From an uncultured archaeon (GTDB lineage: Archaea > Thermoproteota > Nitrososphaeria > Nitrososphaerales > Gagatemarchaeaceae): 64,000 bases of DNA. Where the stretch lies: contig CAWCYD010000002.1 in NCBI GenBank assembly GCA_963799775.1, forward strand, positions 323,421 to 387,420, in the 5' to 3' direction. The position numbers were made by a program, and so were the translations under genes. Of this stretch, positions 40,528 to 51,848 are shown piece after piece (position 1 is the first letter of the stretch; every line of letters starts with the position of its first letter). The notes under the pieces were generated by a model. It saw only the letters and a program-made list of their open reading frames with translations. It was not told the DNA's origin and did not search any database.

Positions 40528-42182
40528 CGACCCCTCAAGAGTGCCGGGCGGCGCTTCGCGAACGGCTGGCCGGCAAGGTCGATTCGGTGGAAGTGATGAA
40601 CGGGAACGAGGTCCACGTCAAGGTCGGCAAGCCGGCCGACATTCCCGGCATCTGCATCAGCGTCCGCGACCAGTTCAAAGGAAAGCTGGCGATGATTGTC
40701 TGCTTAGACGAGCGCAGGACGAGCGGCGGTTTCTCGCTGAGGTATGTTTTCGATTTGGAAAGCTCGGACGTCTTCATCGTCCTTGCCTCCTTACTGAAAC
40801 AAGGAAGGACGGAATCTCCGCCTGCTTATCCGAGCGTCGCCCTCCAGATCCCCTCGGCGACCCTCTACGAGAGAGAGATCAAGGACATGTTCGGGCTGGT
40901 CGCGGAAGGCGCGCCCGACTCGAGGCCGCTGGTCCTCCACGAGAAGTGGCCCGAAGACGTCCACCCGCTGAGGAAGGACTATGGGCTCCAGACCAAGCAG
41001 CCAACGACTGGGAACAGGGGGTACCGATTCCTCGAAGTGGAAGGGGAGGGCGTCTCTGAGATCCCTGTGGGTCCGGTTCACGCGGGAATAATCGAGCCGG
41101 GCCACTTCAGGTTCAGCACCCTCGGCGAGACGATCGTGAACCTCGAGACACGACTCTACTATACGCATAGGGGCGTGGAGAAGCTCGCGGAGGGCCTGAG
41201 CCTCGACCAAGCCGTGCTGCTCAGCGAGCGCATCTCAGGGGACGAGGCGGTCGCGAACTCCACGGCCTATTGCCAGTCGATCGAGAAGATCGCGGGCGTC
41301 GAGCCGCCTCGCGGGGCCACGCAGGTCAGGGCAGTCTGCGCTGAGATGGAGCGCGTCTACAACCATCTAGGGACGCTCGCCGCCTTGTCTCTGGACGCGG
41401 GTTTTGCCTACGGCTACGCGAGGCTTGCGCTCCTCAAGGAGAGGATGATGAGGCTGAACGAGGAGGTCGCAGGGAGCAGGCTGCTCTTCGGGGTCAACAG
41501 GATTGGTGGGGTGAACGTGGACTTCACGGGCCAACTTGCTCGCCGAGTCGTGGAGGAGATGAGCCAGGTCCGCGCCGACTTTGAGAAGGTTCTGAGTGTA
41601 TTGAAGAGCGAGTCGTCTGTCATGGACAGGCTGAGCGGGACAGGAAGGGTCCAGTTGGAGAGCGCGGTCGAGATGGGCCTCCTTGGCGTGGCGGCGAGGG
41701 GCTCGGGCATGGACTGCGACACCAGAAGGGACCACCCCTATGGAGCGTACCGGGCAATCATGACCGGCGCGCACCAGGTGACGCGGAGGCAATTGACTGA
41801 GCGCATGATACAGCAGGCCAAGGCAGGCGGGGACGTGTTGGCCAGGTTCGAGACGAGAGTCCAGGAAGTCATGAGCTCGACCGACATGGTGAAGAAGATT
41901 CTTGAGAACCTTGACGACGAACTCGAGCTAAGGACTCCGGTCTCTGAGGACAAGCTCGAACCCTTCGGGAACGCACTGGGCTACGCCGAGTCGCACCGGG
42001 GACAGACGTTGCACTGGGTCATGGTGGGAAAGGACGGGCGCTCGATCTTCAGATACAAGGTGAGGACCGCCTCGTTTGCGAACTGGCCGGCAATCGAGCT
42101 GGCGGTCCTCAACGACATCGTTGCAGACTTCCCCCTCATCAACAAGAGCCTTGACCTGTCCTATGCGGGGAACGACCTATGA
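40524..42182 (+). CDS. HycE/HyfG-like large subunit lacking NiFe ligands (EhrL type); CTG start inferred
   Basis: YEREIKDMFG, GPVHAGIIEPGHFRF, YTHRGVEK; L1 reads ERISGD, C terminus reads NKSLDLSYAGNDL (no CxxC). Confidence 0.9.
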   Translation: MTTPQECRAALRERLAGKVDSVEVMNGNEVHVKVGKPADIPGICISVRDQFKGKLAMIVCLDERRTSGGFSLRYVFDLESSDVFIVLASLLKQGRTESPPAYPSVALQIPSATLYEREIKDMFGLVAEGAPDSRPLVLHEKWPEDVHPLRKDYGLQTKQPTTGNRGYRFLEVEGEGVSEIPVGPVHAGIIEPGHFRFSTLGETIVNLETRLYYTHRGVEKLAEGLSLDQAVLLSERISGDEAVANSTAYCQSIEKIAGVEPPRGATQVRAVCAEMERVYNHLGTLAALSLDAGFAYGYARLALLKERMMRLNEEVAGSRLLFGVNRIGGVNVDFTGQLARRVVEEMSQVRADFEKVLSVLKSESSVMDRLSGTGRVQLESAVEMGLLGVAARGSGMDCDTRRDHPYGAYRAIMTGAHQVTRRQLTERMIQQAKAGGDVLARFETRVQEVMSSTDMVKKILENLDDELELRTPVSEDKLEPFGNALGYAESHRGQTLHWVMVGKDGRSIFRYKVRTASFANWPAIELAVLNDIVADFPLINKSLDLSYAGNDL

Positions 42183-43046
42183 CTGAAAGGAAGAGGGCCG
42201 AGGAGGCGCTGAAGAAGAAAGCCCCCGACCGGGGAGTCGGCCATTCGGATGGAATCCTTGGCAACCACGTGGAGACGGACAGGATGCTGCTGGAAGCGAC
42301 GAGGTCAGCCCCTGGTTTCAGGGGGGACGTCATCTTCCCGCCGTACGTCTCCAGACTCGATGCCGAACTCTACAAGCGCGGGGAGGAGATCTGCCCATCT
42401 GGGGCCATAGCCGTGGGCTCAGAGGGAGCGGCCCTCGACAAGGGCAAGTGCATCATGTGCGGGATGTGCCAACAAGTGGCTCCCAGCGCTTTCAAGATGG
42501 TCAATAGGTTCGCCGTCCCAGTGACTACCCGGCGCGACCTGTTGGTTGCGCAGACGCCCGGGCCTGGAGAGAGAGGTCAAAGCCAGACCGTTGACGAGAT
42601 TGGGGCAAGGCTCACCAACAGAATCAAGAGGCTTCTCGGCCGGTCGCTAGCAGTGAGGGAGGTCGACGCCGGCTCCTGCAACGGCTGCGAGGTCGAGGTG
42701 TCCGCCCTCAACAACCCCGTCTACGACATCGAGCGGTTCGGCATTCACTTCGTCGCGTCCCCCCGCCATGCCGATGTGCTGCTCGTCACGGGAGTCGCTT
42801 CGAGGAACCTGGAGCTGGCCCTCCGGATGGACCTACGAAGCCACGCCGGACCCCAAGGTCGTGGTCGCCGTTGGCGCATGCGCGTGCAGCGGGGGGATCT
42901 TCGGAGACACCTACGCCACCTCGGGCGGGATAGGTAATGTCGTTCCTGTTGACGTCTTCGTACCGGGTTGTCCACCTAGGCCGGAAGCGCTGCTCTACGG
43001 TCTTCTGCTGGCGGTCGACCGCGTTGGGCCGGTTGCCCCCGTCTGA
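42179..43046 (+). CDS. ferredoxin-like domain fused to a HycG/NuoB-like small subunit (frameshift near 42830)
   Basis: ICPSGAI...CIMCGMC; GSCNGCEVE, SPRHAD, GACACSGG, PGCPPRP. Confidence 0.9.
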
Positions 43047-43321
43047 CAAGAGCCTTCAGGACTAGGCTGACCCTAGGCTGACTTTGAACCTGCATGTGCG
43101 TGCCAACGTCCTACCCTTCATCATGAAAAACAATTAGCAGTGAGACTTGAGCCGGCTAAGAAGGTCAAGGGCATTGTACAAACCGTAGGCGTAATCAGTA
43201 AGAGCAGCATTCTGTGCAGGATTTGACCTCATGGCATAAGGTGCGGGGGTGCACATTGAACTTTAGGTTCAAATCCCAACCTCTGGAGAGTTTCCCTTTC
43301 TGAACTCTCGCTCAAGAGCGA

Positions 43322-43599
43322 GTTACCCGCAGAGCGGGTTAACTGTCTCAACCAATGCCTGCAGGGTTAGGAGAGCATCCGCGAAATCTTGCATGCGTCT
43401 GCTTTGGTATGATTCTACGACCTCGAAGGCGAGTTCCTTCTCAATCTTTCGAAGGTCTTTGCACGCTGCCACGAGGTCTTCGTCCGACTAGCTTAGCGAA
43501 TTCCTTGGCGGCTTCTCGCGCGCGGATTCGTCGTTCCTCCTGAGTTAATGAATTGAACTTTTTGGAGATTTCTTCGTACCTGCTTCGTCTGGCCGTCAT
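43322..43599 (-). CDS. small helical hypothetical protein, frameshifted
   Basis: ATG overlaps the upstream stop (ATGA); joined frames read MTARRSRYEEISKKFNSLTQEE...KIEKELAFEVVESY...NPLCG*. Confidence 0.4.
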
Positions 43600-44030
43600 T
43601 TTGCACGCAATAGCAGTTTGTCCAGACTAATAAGCGCCACCGCAGCGCTTCGGTTCTGCCTCATTCCACCCTCGCTTTTATTTAGCTGAGTCAGTGCCAA
43701 GGCGACAATTGCGAAGGGAATGAAGATCAGAAATTGTTGGGTGCTGTACTTCCTAACATAGTGGACGTCAGCCGACATCTCGCCTTCCACTTCGCTCGTT
43801 GCGGTGCCTGCTCTCAAGATAATGATTGTGTAGATTAGGATTGGCAGGTAATTTATCCCGGTGAGAAGGAGGTAGAGGCCCAGCAGAAATGGTCCGCGAA
43901 CAGCCACGAAAATGCCGACCGCGATTATTCCGGGAGTCCCCAGACCGAATTCTATCGCGATGAACGGCGGACCGTGAAGGGTGATGTCGAGGGCGACGAG
44001 CCTTCGGACATTGATTATTCGGCCTTCCAC
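43596..44030 (-). CDS. small membrane protein
   Basis: INVRRLVALDITLHG...EFG, GINYLP, three TM segments; GTG start inferred. Confidence 0.65.
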   Translation of the reverse strand: MEGRIINVRRLVALDITLHGPPFIAIEFGLGTPGIIAVGIFVAVRGPFLLGLYLLLTGINYLPILIYTIIILRAGTATSEVEGEMSADVHYVRKYSTQQFLIFIPFAIVALALTQLNKSEGGMRQNRSAAVALISLDKLLLRAK

Positions 44031-44091
44031 GCGCTCATTCTCGGCGAACCGGATTATTATGCTCGAACGGCGAATCCAACAAGATAAGGTA

Positions 44092-44109
44092 TGCGGGGGG
44101 TGGGATTCG
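44092..44109 (-). other. tRNA-Leu-like 3' end fragment (att-like scar)
   Basis: CGAAT-CCCAC-CCCCCGC-A: T-loop end, 3' T-stem, 3' acceptor strand, discriminator. Confidence 0.55.
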
Positions 44110-44153
44110 CGCATTAATTTACGGGTAAATAATAGAGATAGAAGGACTGGGTG

Positions 44154-44169
44154 CGGGCCCGGTGGGATT
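44154..44169 (-). other. tRNA (Arg/Lys-like) 3' end fragment (att-like scar)
   Basis: AAT-CCCAC-CGGGCCC-G, same geometry. Confidence 0.5.
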
Positions 44170-44365
44170 GGTCATACCCGCGCAATGGCTTTCAGCCGAA
44201 CACGCAACTCACGAAGATTGTCGCATTCTCTGGCTACAGGATACAGAACCTCGACCTTCCTTTCCAGCCTCCTCATGTGGTTCCTGCGCGACCTCTCATG
44301 AATAGTGAGCACGGCATCCGAACTCATTCATATGCGGACAAACTCTGCAGATACCTTGTCTCTAT

Positions 44366-44983
44366 TCACTCGAACGCGGTGGCTCGAGGGCCATCAATGG
44401 TTCTTCGACCGTCCTTACGCAGTAGTGGGTGCCTTTTCCCTTCTCTGCCAGCTTCGCCGTGAACGCCGATCTCCTCACCGAGAGGTCACCGAATCGAGCA
44501 TTATCCCAGCCTTCGCGATCTCTTCGCAGACCGGGAGCGGGTCAGGTCAGTTATTCCCGCCGTCACCGATCAGCTTTATCCGGCGGACAGCAGGCCGGCG
44601 CATCCTGTCGATCGAAGCGATGCTCATCATGAGGCCCCTTGCGTAGAGAAGTACGTCATTCACCGGACTCCCACCAGCCGGGTTTAGATTGGTGAGAATG
44701 GCCAGTTCTTCCATGGTCGGGCTGACCATCAAGGGGACGAGCTCCTGGATGTTCGTCTTGCCGATGGCACCCTTGAGGTTGAAGGAGGAGATTCCTATCT
44801 TGAGCGGCCAAGATAGGGCAGTCGAGAGGCCAGGATTCGAGGCAGAATTTCCTCAGCGCCTCTTTGACTATGTCGATCTTGGAATGCCCTTGAGCTTCTC
44901 CTTCATGCTGTTCGAGCGGTCGACGAGAAATATTCTATATTCGGCGGTCCTCTCGATGATGATTGAGGCCGATACTGCTCCAA
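44366..44983 (-). pseudogene. von Willebrand factor A domain protein, multiply disrupted
   Basis: IFLVDRSNSM (DxSxS MIDAS), KIDIVKEAL, LNPAGGSP, IKLIGDGGNN, PDPLPVCEEIAKAGI across frames. Confidence 0.6.
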
Positions 44984-45033
44984 AGGAGAGAGCCAGACGA
45001 CCCGGTGTCTTTTATGAGCTTCGGATACGAATC

Positions 45034-46655
45034 ATGTCACCCAAGCATATTAGGCGAGACCGAGGAGCTCAAGCAACCCAATTGCACGTAGCCAAGCAGT
45101 CGGCCCAGGGTAGCATCGTCCTGTTCGCAGGCAACCTGACGGCCACGGTGGGCCAGACGGTCGCGAGTATCTTGATAGCAAGACTGCTCGGGCCCGGCAA
45201 CTACGGAATCTACTCCCTCGCCCTCGTCATCCCGAGCGTCTTCACGCTCTTCGTCTCCCTCGGCGTGAACACGGCAGTGACGAGGTTTGTGGCGTATCAC
45301 CTCTCCAGGAACGAGGTAGAGGCGGCCAAGCGGTTCGCGGAGAGTGCGTTGCTGCTCACCCTGTTCTCCGGAATCCTCCTGTCGGGTGTATGTTACTTGT
45401 CAGCTACTGCGCTCTCGCAATATGTGTTTCACCGGCCCTACCTCTCGCAGTACGTCGAGCTGGCGTCGGCGATTGTCTGCGGACAAGCCATTCTCAACAC
45501 CGCGATAGCGGCGGCCATAGGGTGGAATGCGATGGGGCAGGCGTCGTTCGCGAACATCGCGCAGGCGATGGTCAAGCTCCTCCTCTCGCCTCTGCTAATC
45601 GTGTTGGGTTTCGGAATCTTCGGGGCGGTGGCTGGCCAGACCCTCGCCGCTGTCTTGGGAGCGGTAATCTCGGTAGGGATTCTGTACGCCTACAAGATCA
45701 AGTCATCGACGGTGGGATGGGAGGGCCTGACCTCAGACACGAAGGAGATGATGAACTACGGCCTTCCGGCCTTCAGCGCGAACGTCCTGACAGGACTTTG
45801 GCCATACTACCTGTCGATAGTGCTGGCCGCCGTCGCGAGCAACGCCGTGATAGGATACTACCAGGCCGCCTACAACTTCACGGTCGCCATATCCCTGCTC
45901 TCTGGGGCTGCTGGCTCCGCCCTGTTTCCCGCGTTCACTAGCCTGCACCGAGGGGAAGGGGAACCTTCCCAAAGCCCTCAAGCTGGCGGTGAAGTACGTC
46001 GGGTTTGTCACGATACCCATGGTCTTTGTGCTCGCGGCAACGGCAAAGCAGCTGATGGTCCTGTTTTACGGTCATTCCTACTCATCGGGAGCGAGCATCC
46101 TCGTGTTGCTCGCGCTCTCTGCAGCGCCGGTCCTGCTAGGCCTCACCGTCTTCCCGTCCTTCTTCAACGGCATCGCGCGCACGAAGCTGACTCTGATCAT
46201 GGTCGGGTTCGGCGCGGCTGTCCTTTTCGTCGCGGTGCCGGTGTTTGCGATCAGCCTGAACCTAGGCGTCGACGGCCTGATCTACGGCCTTCTGCTCTCG
46301 AATCGTCGTCGCGAGTCTTGTCGGCGTTTGTCTCTTTCACGTGCAGTTCTCTTCGTGGATTGATTTCAAGGCCCCCGTCTCGGCTCTGGCGGCAGCGGTG
46401 ATCGCTTCGGCCTGTGCTACTTCGTGCCCGGCTTCAGCTCGAACCTTCTCATACTTGGTCGTCAAGCTCGCCGTCTTTTCGCTCGCCTACCTCACGCTCG
46501 CCCCGCTGCTTCGAGCGGTGAGCTACGAGGATCTCGAAGTGCTGGGCGCCTCTCTCGCTGAGATGCCCGTCTTGAGGAGACCTATCCACATGGTCGTAGC
46601 ATACGAGAAGTTCCTCGCCTCTCGCGAGAAGAGCTCGCCAGGCACCGAAAAATAG
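45034..46655 (+). CDS. oligosaccharide flippase (Wzx/MOP superfamily), frameshifted
   Basis: ARLLGPGNYGIYSL, LGVNTAVTRFVA, IGYYQAA, LFPAF; TATA-like TTTTATG about 24 bp upstream. Confidence 0.87.
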
Positions 46656-46763
46656 CCGATGATTTCGAGATTGCAATGGTTGTCGGCGTAATACAGACCT
46701 TAATGGACCGTTGAAAGATAAGCGGGTGGCTCTGCTCAGCCCTAGGCCGCCGTCTTCACGTCT

Positions 46764-47205
46764 CTAATGACCTGCCGCAGGAACAGCCCCGCCTCTTCCG
46801 AGCTCGCAGCCTGCGTTTGGTGCGAGGGCGTTGGTCCTCAGGTTGATTATGAAGAGGTCCGGATAGGCGCTGTGCCTCAGCTTCGCGACCATCCTGTGCG
46901 TGGTATCGTAGTACATGCCCAAATCGCTCGAAACCTCGCGGACCGTCATCCCCCGCTGGAGCAGAGCCGCCAAGAACCACACCTTCAAGGGCAGCTTGGA
47001 GTCCTGGAAGATGGTGCCCGTCTTGTCGTTGAAGATTCGGTCGCAAGACTTGCACCTGTACCTCTGGTAGAGTCCCAGGTGCCTGCCGCTCCTGATCACG
47101 GCTCTCGAGAAGCAGTATGGACAGGCAGGTCCGCGTGGGCCACCTCACGCGCCTCAGCAACGACGCGCATTCCCTCTCGTTCGGCGCGGAATGCTGGACT
47201 TGCAT
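46764..47205 (-). mobile_element. IS1595-family transposase N-terminal fragment (Zn ribbon plus HTH, no DDE domain)
   Basis: RVRWP...CPYC...QRYRCKSCDRIFNDKTGTIFQDSKLPLKVWF...THRMVAKLR; no terminal repeat pair found. Confidence 0.7.
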
Positions 47206-47454
47206 GGTCTGTCTGATGGGTTTGTGACGCAGTGATTCAAGATAAGCCTCATGAATCTCTGGTCTATCTTCGCGCGCCGACTACCATGTGCAATATAGCG
47301 AGAACGTTTATAGAGTTGAAATCTATATCTGAAATCCATGCCCGCCGGTTGGAACGCTTGGAACGCTTGACGCCGGATTCTAGTGTTTTATCTAACTCCG
47401 AGCGAAATTTGAGGTCCCGGGGATGCCGTCCATTCGAAGGGGGAGTCTCATGCG

Positions 47455-48461
47455 ATGAGCGCTACGGCAGCCACAGAGCAATCCGTCGAAAGAGAGTATC
47501 AGACCCAACAGGCAGATTCGACGAAGAAGGCGTTCCTCCGGCTGCAGGCAGAGGAACGGGTTCGTCACCCCGGACCAGGTGACCGTTGTGATCCCGGTGC
47601 TCAATGAGCGCGAGGCGATAGGAAAAGTCCTCGACGACTTGAAGAACGAGGGGTTCGACAATCTTCTTGTGGTGGACGGGTATTCCGACGACGGGACGCG
47701 CAAGATCGCCGAGTCGAAGGGAGCGGTTGTCCTGCAGCAGCACGGCGCCGGAAAGGCCGGGGCGCTCGCCACGGCCATCGACGTGATTGCCACCCCCTAC
47801 CTGGTCGTGATGGACGGAGACGACACCTACAAGGCCGCGGACATCCACCGCTTGCTTCCGTCATGCTGCCGAATACGACGAAGTGATCGGCGCCAGGACG
47901 AAGGGAAGGCAGAACATTCCACGGGTCAACAGGGCTCGGCAACTGGCTCATCAGCAAGACGTTCAAACTGCTGTTCGGCGACGCCGATAACGGACGTCCT
48001 GTCGGGCATGTACCTCCTGAGGACAGAAAAGATACGGACGGTGCAGATCACCTCGATCTCGTTCGACGTCGAGGTCGAGATAGCGAGCTCCATCGCATCC
48101 ACCGGGAGGATAACCCAGGTCCCCGATAAGCTACGGCGAGAGGCTCGGCACGCAAAAGCTCCGCTCAAGGGACGGGGGAAGGATAGTGAGCACCCTCTTC
48201 TGGATGGCCTACTACTACAACCCCCTCCTCCTGTTCGGCGGGCTGATCTCGCTCAGCGCGATTCCCGCTGTGGGCATCCTGGCGTGGACGCTCTATGAGA
48301 AGCTGGCATTCAACGTGTGGCACAGCGGCTACGCGCTGCTCGGCGTAATGCTCCTGCTGGTCGCGACTCAAGGCGCTGCCGTCTCCTTGGGCTCGCTCCT
48401 GACCAAGAGGTCCGAGAACCGGATAATGCGCGAATTGAGACAGATCAAGCAGGGCTTCTAG
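47455..48461 (+). CDS. GT2 glycosyltransferase, dolichol-phosphate-sugar-synthase-like, with C-terminal TM helices (frameshifted)
   Basis: VVIPVLNE, VVDGYSDDGT, GKAGA, MDGDDTY, DVLSGM, FDVEVE. Confidence 0.88.
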
Positions 48462-48522
48462 TTTATCTCTAATCCAATTAAGACCCCGCAAGGATGTCCA
48501 GATTCGAGAGAAGGCGCTCAAA

Positions 48523-48654
48523 TTGAAGGTTGTGATACTCGCCGCGGGCAGAGGAACGAGGCTTCGGCCCCTCACGTACCACATCCCCAAGATTCTCTTG
48601 CCGGTCCTTGCGTGGAGGCGAGGCTCTAGATTTGAGGTCACCAAAAGTCAGTAG
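48523..48654 (+). pseudogene. truncated sugar-phosphate nucleotidyltransferase N terminus
   Basis: MKVVILAAGRGTRLRPLTYHIPKILLPV, then unrelated sequence and a stop at 43 aa. Confidence 0.8.
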
Positions 48655-48683
48655 ATACCCCCTTCATAGAGAATAAAAAATCC

Positions 48684-49908
48684 ATGACTCCGAGGAAAAA
48701 ACAAGTGGTAATGCTTCTAGCGAAGCCATATAGCGTCGACACCCGAGTCAGAAACGAAGCTGAGACTTTAACGAGCGCCGGCCACGAAGTCACCGTTCTC
48801 TCGTGGGACCGCTTGGGGACGGAACCAAAGGAAGCCTCAATCAACAACGTGAATGTGGTCAGTCTGCGACTATTGGGCGGCTCCGAATTGTTTGCCTCGA
48901 ATAAGGGTTCGAGGTTCCTCGAAATTAAGCTTCGCGCTCTCGGCAGTGTTGCTTCAGTTCTATTGTGTCGCATGGTGCCTTAAGAACTTGAAGGGAAAGT
49001 ACGTAGTCCACTCTAATGACTTCAACACGTTGATGGCAGGGGTTGCGCTTAGGCTGATCAGGCCGAAGGTCGTCAAGCTGGTATACGATTCTCATGAACT
49101 CACGCCCAGCGTATACGCGGAATGGTATGGCTCGATGGTGGGTGCCTCCGCTGGCCTGATAGAGAAGACGCTCGTTCGATTTGCGGACGTCGTTGTCACT
49201 GTGTGCCCGTCCTTTGAGGGCTATCTGGCCCGGATGACGAGACACTCCTCTTCGTCCAAGAGGGCTCCGGTGATTGTACTGTATAACACTGTTAGATTTT
49301 CGGATTTGCCGTCGGGCGACAAGATGTATTGGCGTAGTCGCCTGAAACTGTCTGGTTTCGTGTTTACATTCGTCGGGGCTCTGCGCGGTGTGTACGCTCT
49401 GGACGAGTTCGTCGAGGCAGCTAAGCTATTCAAGAACTCCTCAACTCTTGCAAATTTCATAATAGTAGGTGGCGGAGACGAATTTGCAGGACTAGAACAA
49501 AAGATAGCGCAGTACAATCTTGGTGATTATGTCAAGGTCATACCACAGCTTCCGAATAAGGAGGCATTAGAATACCTAAAGGCGTGCGACGTGTCGTTCG
49601 GGGTCAACAAGTCTCCCGACGATAATGCGAGACTAACGTTGCCGTGGAAAGTCTTCGAAGCGATGGCCTGCGGCGCGCCTGTAATCGTGCTCGAAAATAC
49701 GATGGCTTGGAACTTTGTCAGAGAGAACGGGGTAGGATTTGCGGTTGCATCCTGGAACGCCTCGGAAATTTCTGACAAGTTGCTATGGGCCGTGAGCCAC
49801 CCTAATATCCTCGCCGAAATGTCCTCGAGGGCGCATGACGCGTATGTTCGCCACTACAACTGGGAATCGGCTTCGCAAGAGTTTCGAGATGCGTATTCCG
49901 CTTTGTAA
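48684..49908 (+). CDS. GT4 glycosyltransferase (frameshifted)
   Basis: DTRVRNEAETL, YDSHE, LPWKVFEAMACGAPV, YNWE. Confidence 0.87.
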
Positions 49909-49949
49909 TCTTTCTAATTGAATCATGTTCCATCGAACGGTGTCCAGAA

Positions 49950-51786
49950 TTGTGCGGGATTAACGGGTTCACGTGGTCTGACGGGACGCTCGTTGAGAAA
50001 ATGAACCATTTGATAGAGCACAGAGGTCCCGACGACCATGGCATTCATGCCGAAGACGGGATGAGCCTGGGGAGCTTGAGGCTGGCGATAATTGACTTGT
50101 CTCAGTTGGGTCATCAACCAATGAGATACGAACGAGATGGCAAGGAAGTCTGGATTACCTACAATGGTGAAATCTACAACTACAAGGAAGTCCGAGGGGA
50201 ACTCGTACAGCTTGGATACCGATTCACGTCCGAGTCAGACACGGAAGTCATCCTCGCGGCCTATCTTCAGTGGGGAACGGATTGCGTAGACCGATTCAAT
50301 GGGATGTGGGCTTTCGCGATCTTTGATAGAAGCAGGAAGATTCTATTCCTAAGCAGAGACAGGTTCGGAATCAAGCCCCTCTACTATCACTACGACGGGC
50401 ATAACCTCATCTTCAGTTCAGAGATCAAGGCTCTCTTCGCGCACCCGATTGCGCGGAAGCCTAATGACCAAGTGGTGTTCGATTACCTCTATTACGGCCT
50501 CCATGACCATCGTCAAGAGACATTCCTTGACGGCATAAGCCGCCTCATGCCCGCGCAAAACGCGACGTTTGACATGCAGTCGCGGAAATTCAACGTTTGG
50601 AAGTATTATGATCTCGGGAAGAAAATAAAGGCAGACGGCAAGATGAGTGCAGAGGAGTTCAGACGCCTATTCTACGATGCCGTGAGCACACATATGGTAT
50701 CTGACGTGCCCGTCGGCTCGTGCCTCAGCGGAGGCATCGACAGCACGTCTGTGGTCTGTGCGATGCGTGAGAACAATCCGAATGCAGACATCAAGGTCTT
50801 CTCTCTTGGTTTCCCAGGGGATGAAATCGACGAAAGCCAAGTACCAAGAGATGGCATCTAGCCAGTACTCGGCCGAGCGCTACTCGACGACGTTTACGCC
50901 GACCGACGTCGTGGAACACATTCGCGATTTGCTCTACGCCCAAGAGGAGCCATTCTACGACTTAACGGTGTACGGGCAGTATGAAGTGATGCGCCTGGCC
51001 CATGAAAATGGGATGAAAGTCCTTCTTGATGGGCAGGGCGCGGACGAGATTCTAGCGGGGTACTACTATCTGGCTGCATACTACTACTACGACCTCTTGC
51101 GCAAAGGTAGGATCATAAAGTTGGTGAGAGAGATGGTCAGTCGCAACGGCCCGAACCCTCAGACGACGCGATACTTTTTTGGATTGCTCCTACCGATGAG
51201 AGCTAAAGAGTATCTTGTCTCACGTGGCAGAAAGTTTCTCAACAAGGATTTCGTCCTTCAACACCGCAGCTCGGACAGCAGGTTTCGTAAGAAACCTCTC
51301 ACCGAAGCCCTGATTGAGGCAGTTACGTATTTCCCACTGCCCTCACTTCTCAGATACGAGGACAAGAATTCCATGAGGTGGTCGCTCGAATGCCGCATCC
51401 CGTTTCTAGATTACCGATTGGTCGAATCTGCCTTGGCGCAACCTAACGAATGCAAGATCGACCATGGGCTCTCAAAGACGATCCTACGACAGAGCCTGCA
51501 TGGAAAACTGCCTCCCGCCATCGAAAATAGGAGAGACAAGCTCGGGTTCGCCACTCCAGAGAAAAAGATGCTTTCTTCATCGACTGTCCAAGAGATGGTG
51601 TCCGACGTCATAAATTCCGAGGCATTCAAGAATCGGCCATACTGGGACTGGAAGAAGGTGCGGCTTCTGGCTCCACGAGTTTCGGAGGAGAGCAGATTCC
51701 AAATCCTGAAGAGTGAAAGCCTCTGGAGAGTCATTCTCGTTGAACTTTGGTTGGAGACATGGATTGACCAAGCGAAAACTAATTGA
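49950..51786 (+). CDS. asnB: asparagine-synthase-like glutamine amidotransferase (glycan amidation); frameshift near 50840
   Basis: MCGI, HRGPDD, RLAIID, YNGEIYN, LSGGIDS, GQGADE, EDKNSM, RIPFLD. Confidence 0.92.
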
Positions 51787-51848
51787 CCCGGTTTTGTCAT
51801 ATTCGCAGAAGTTAAACAACTGGCAATCAGAGGAGGTTTCTCTTCCCC

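Noticed and set aside
40524-42182. Functional NiFe hydrogenase or formate hydrogenlyase
   Set aside because: All four Ni-ligating cysteines are missing; no maturation or fdh genes nearby
43062-43082. CTAGGCTGAC duplication (also TTGGAACGC x2 at 47349-47369) as CRISPR or repeat array
   Set aside because: Only two short units, no spacers, no cas genes
44689-45033. Long N-terminal extension of the flippase
   Set aside because: Antisense to the vWA gene; TATA-like element and ATG at 45034 fit better
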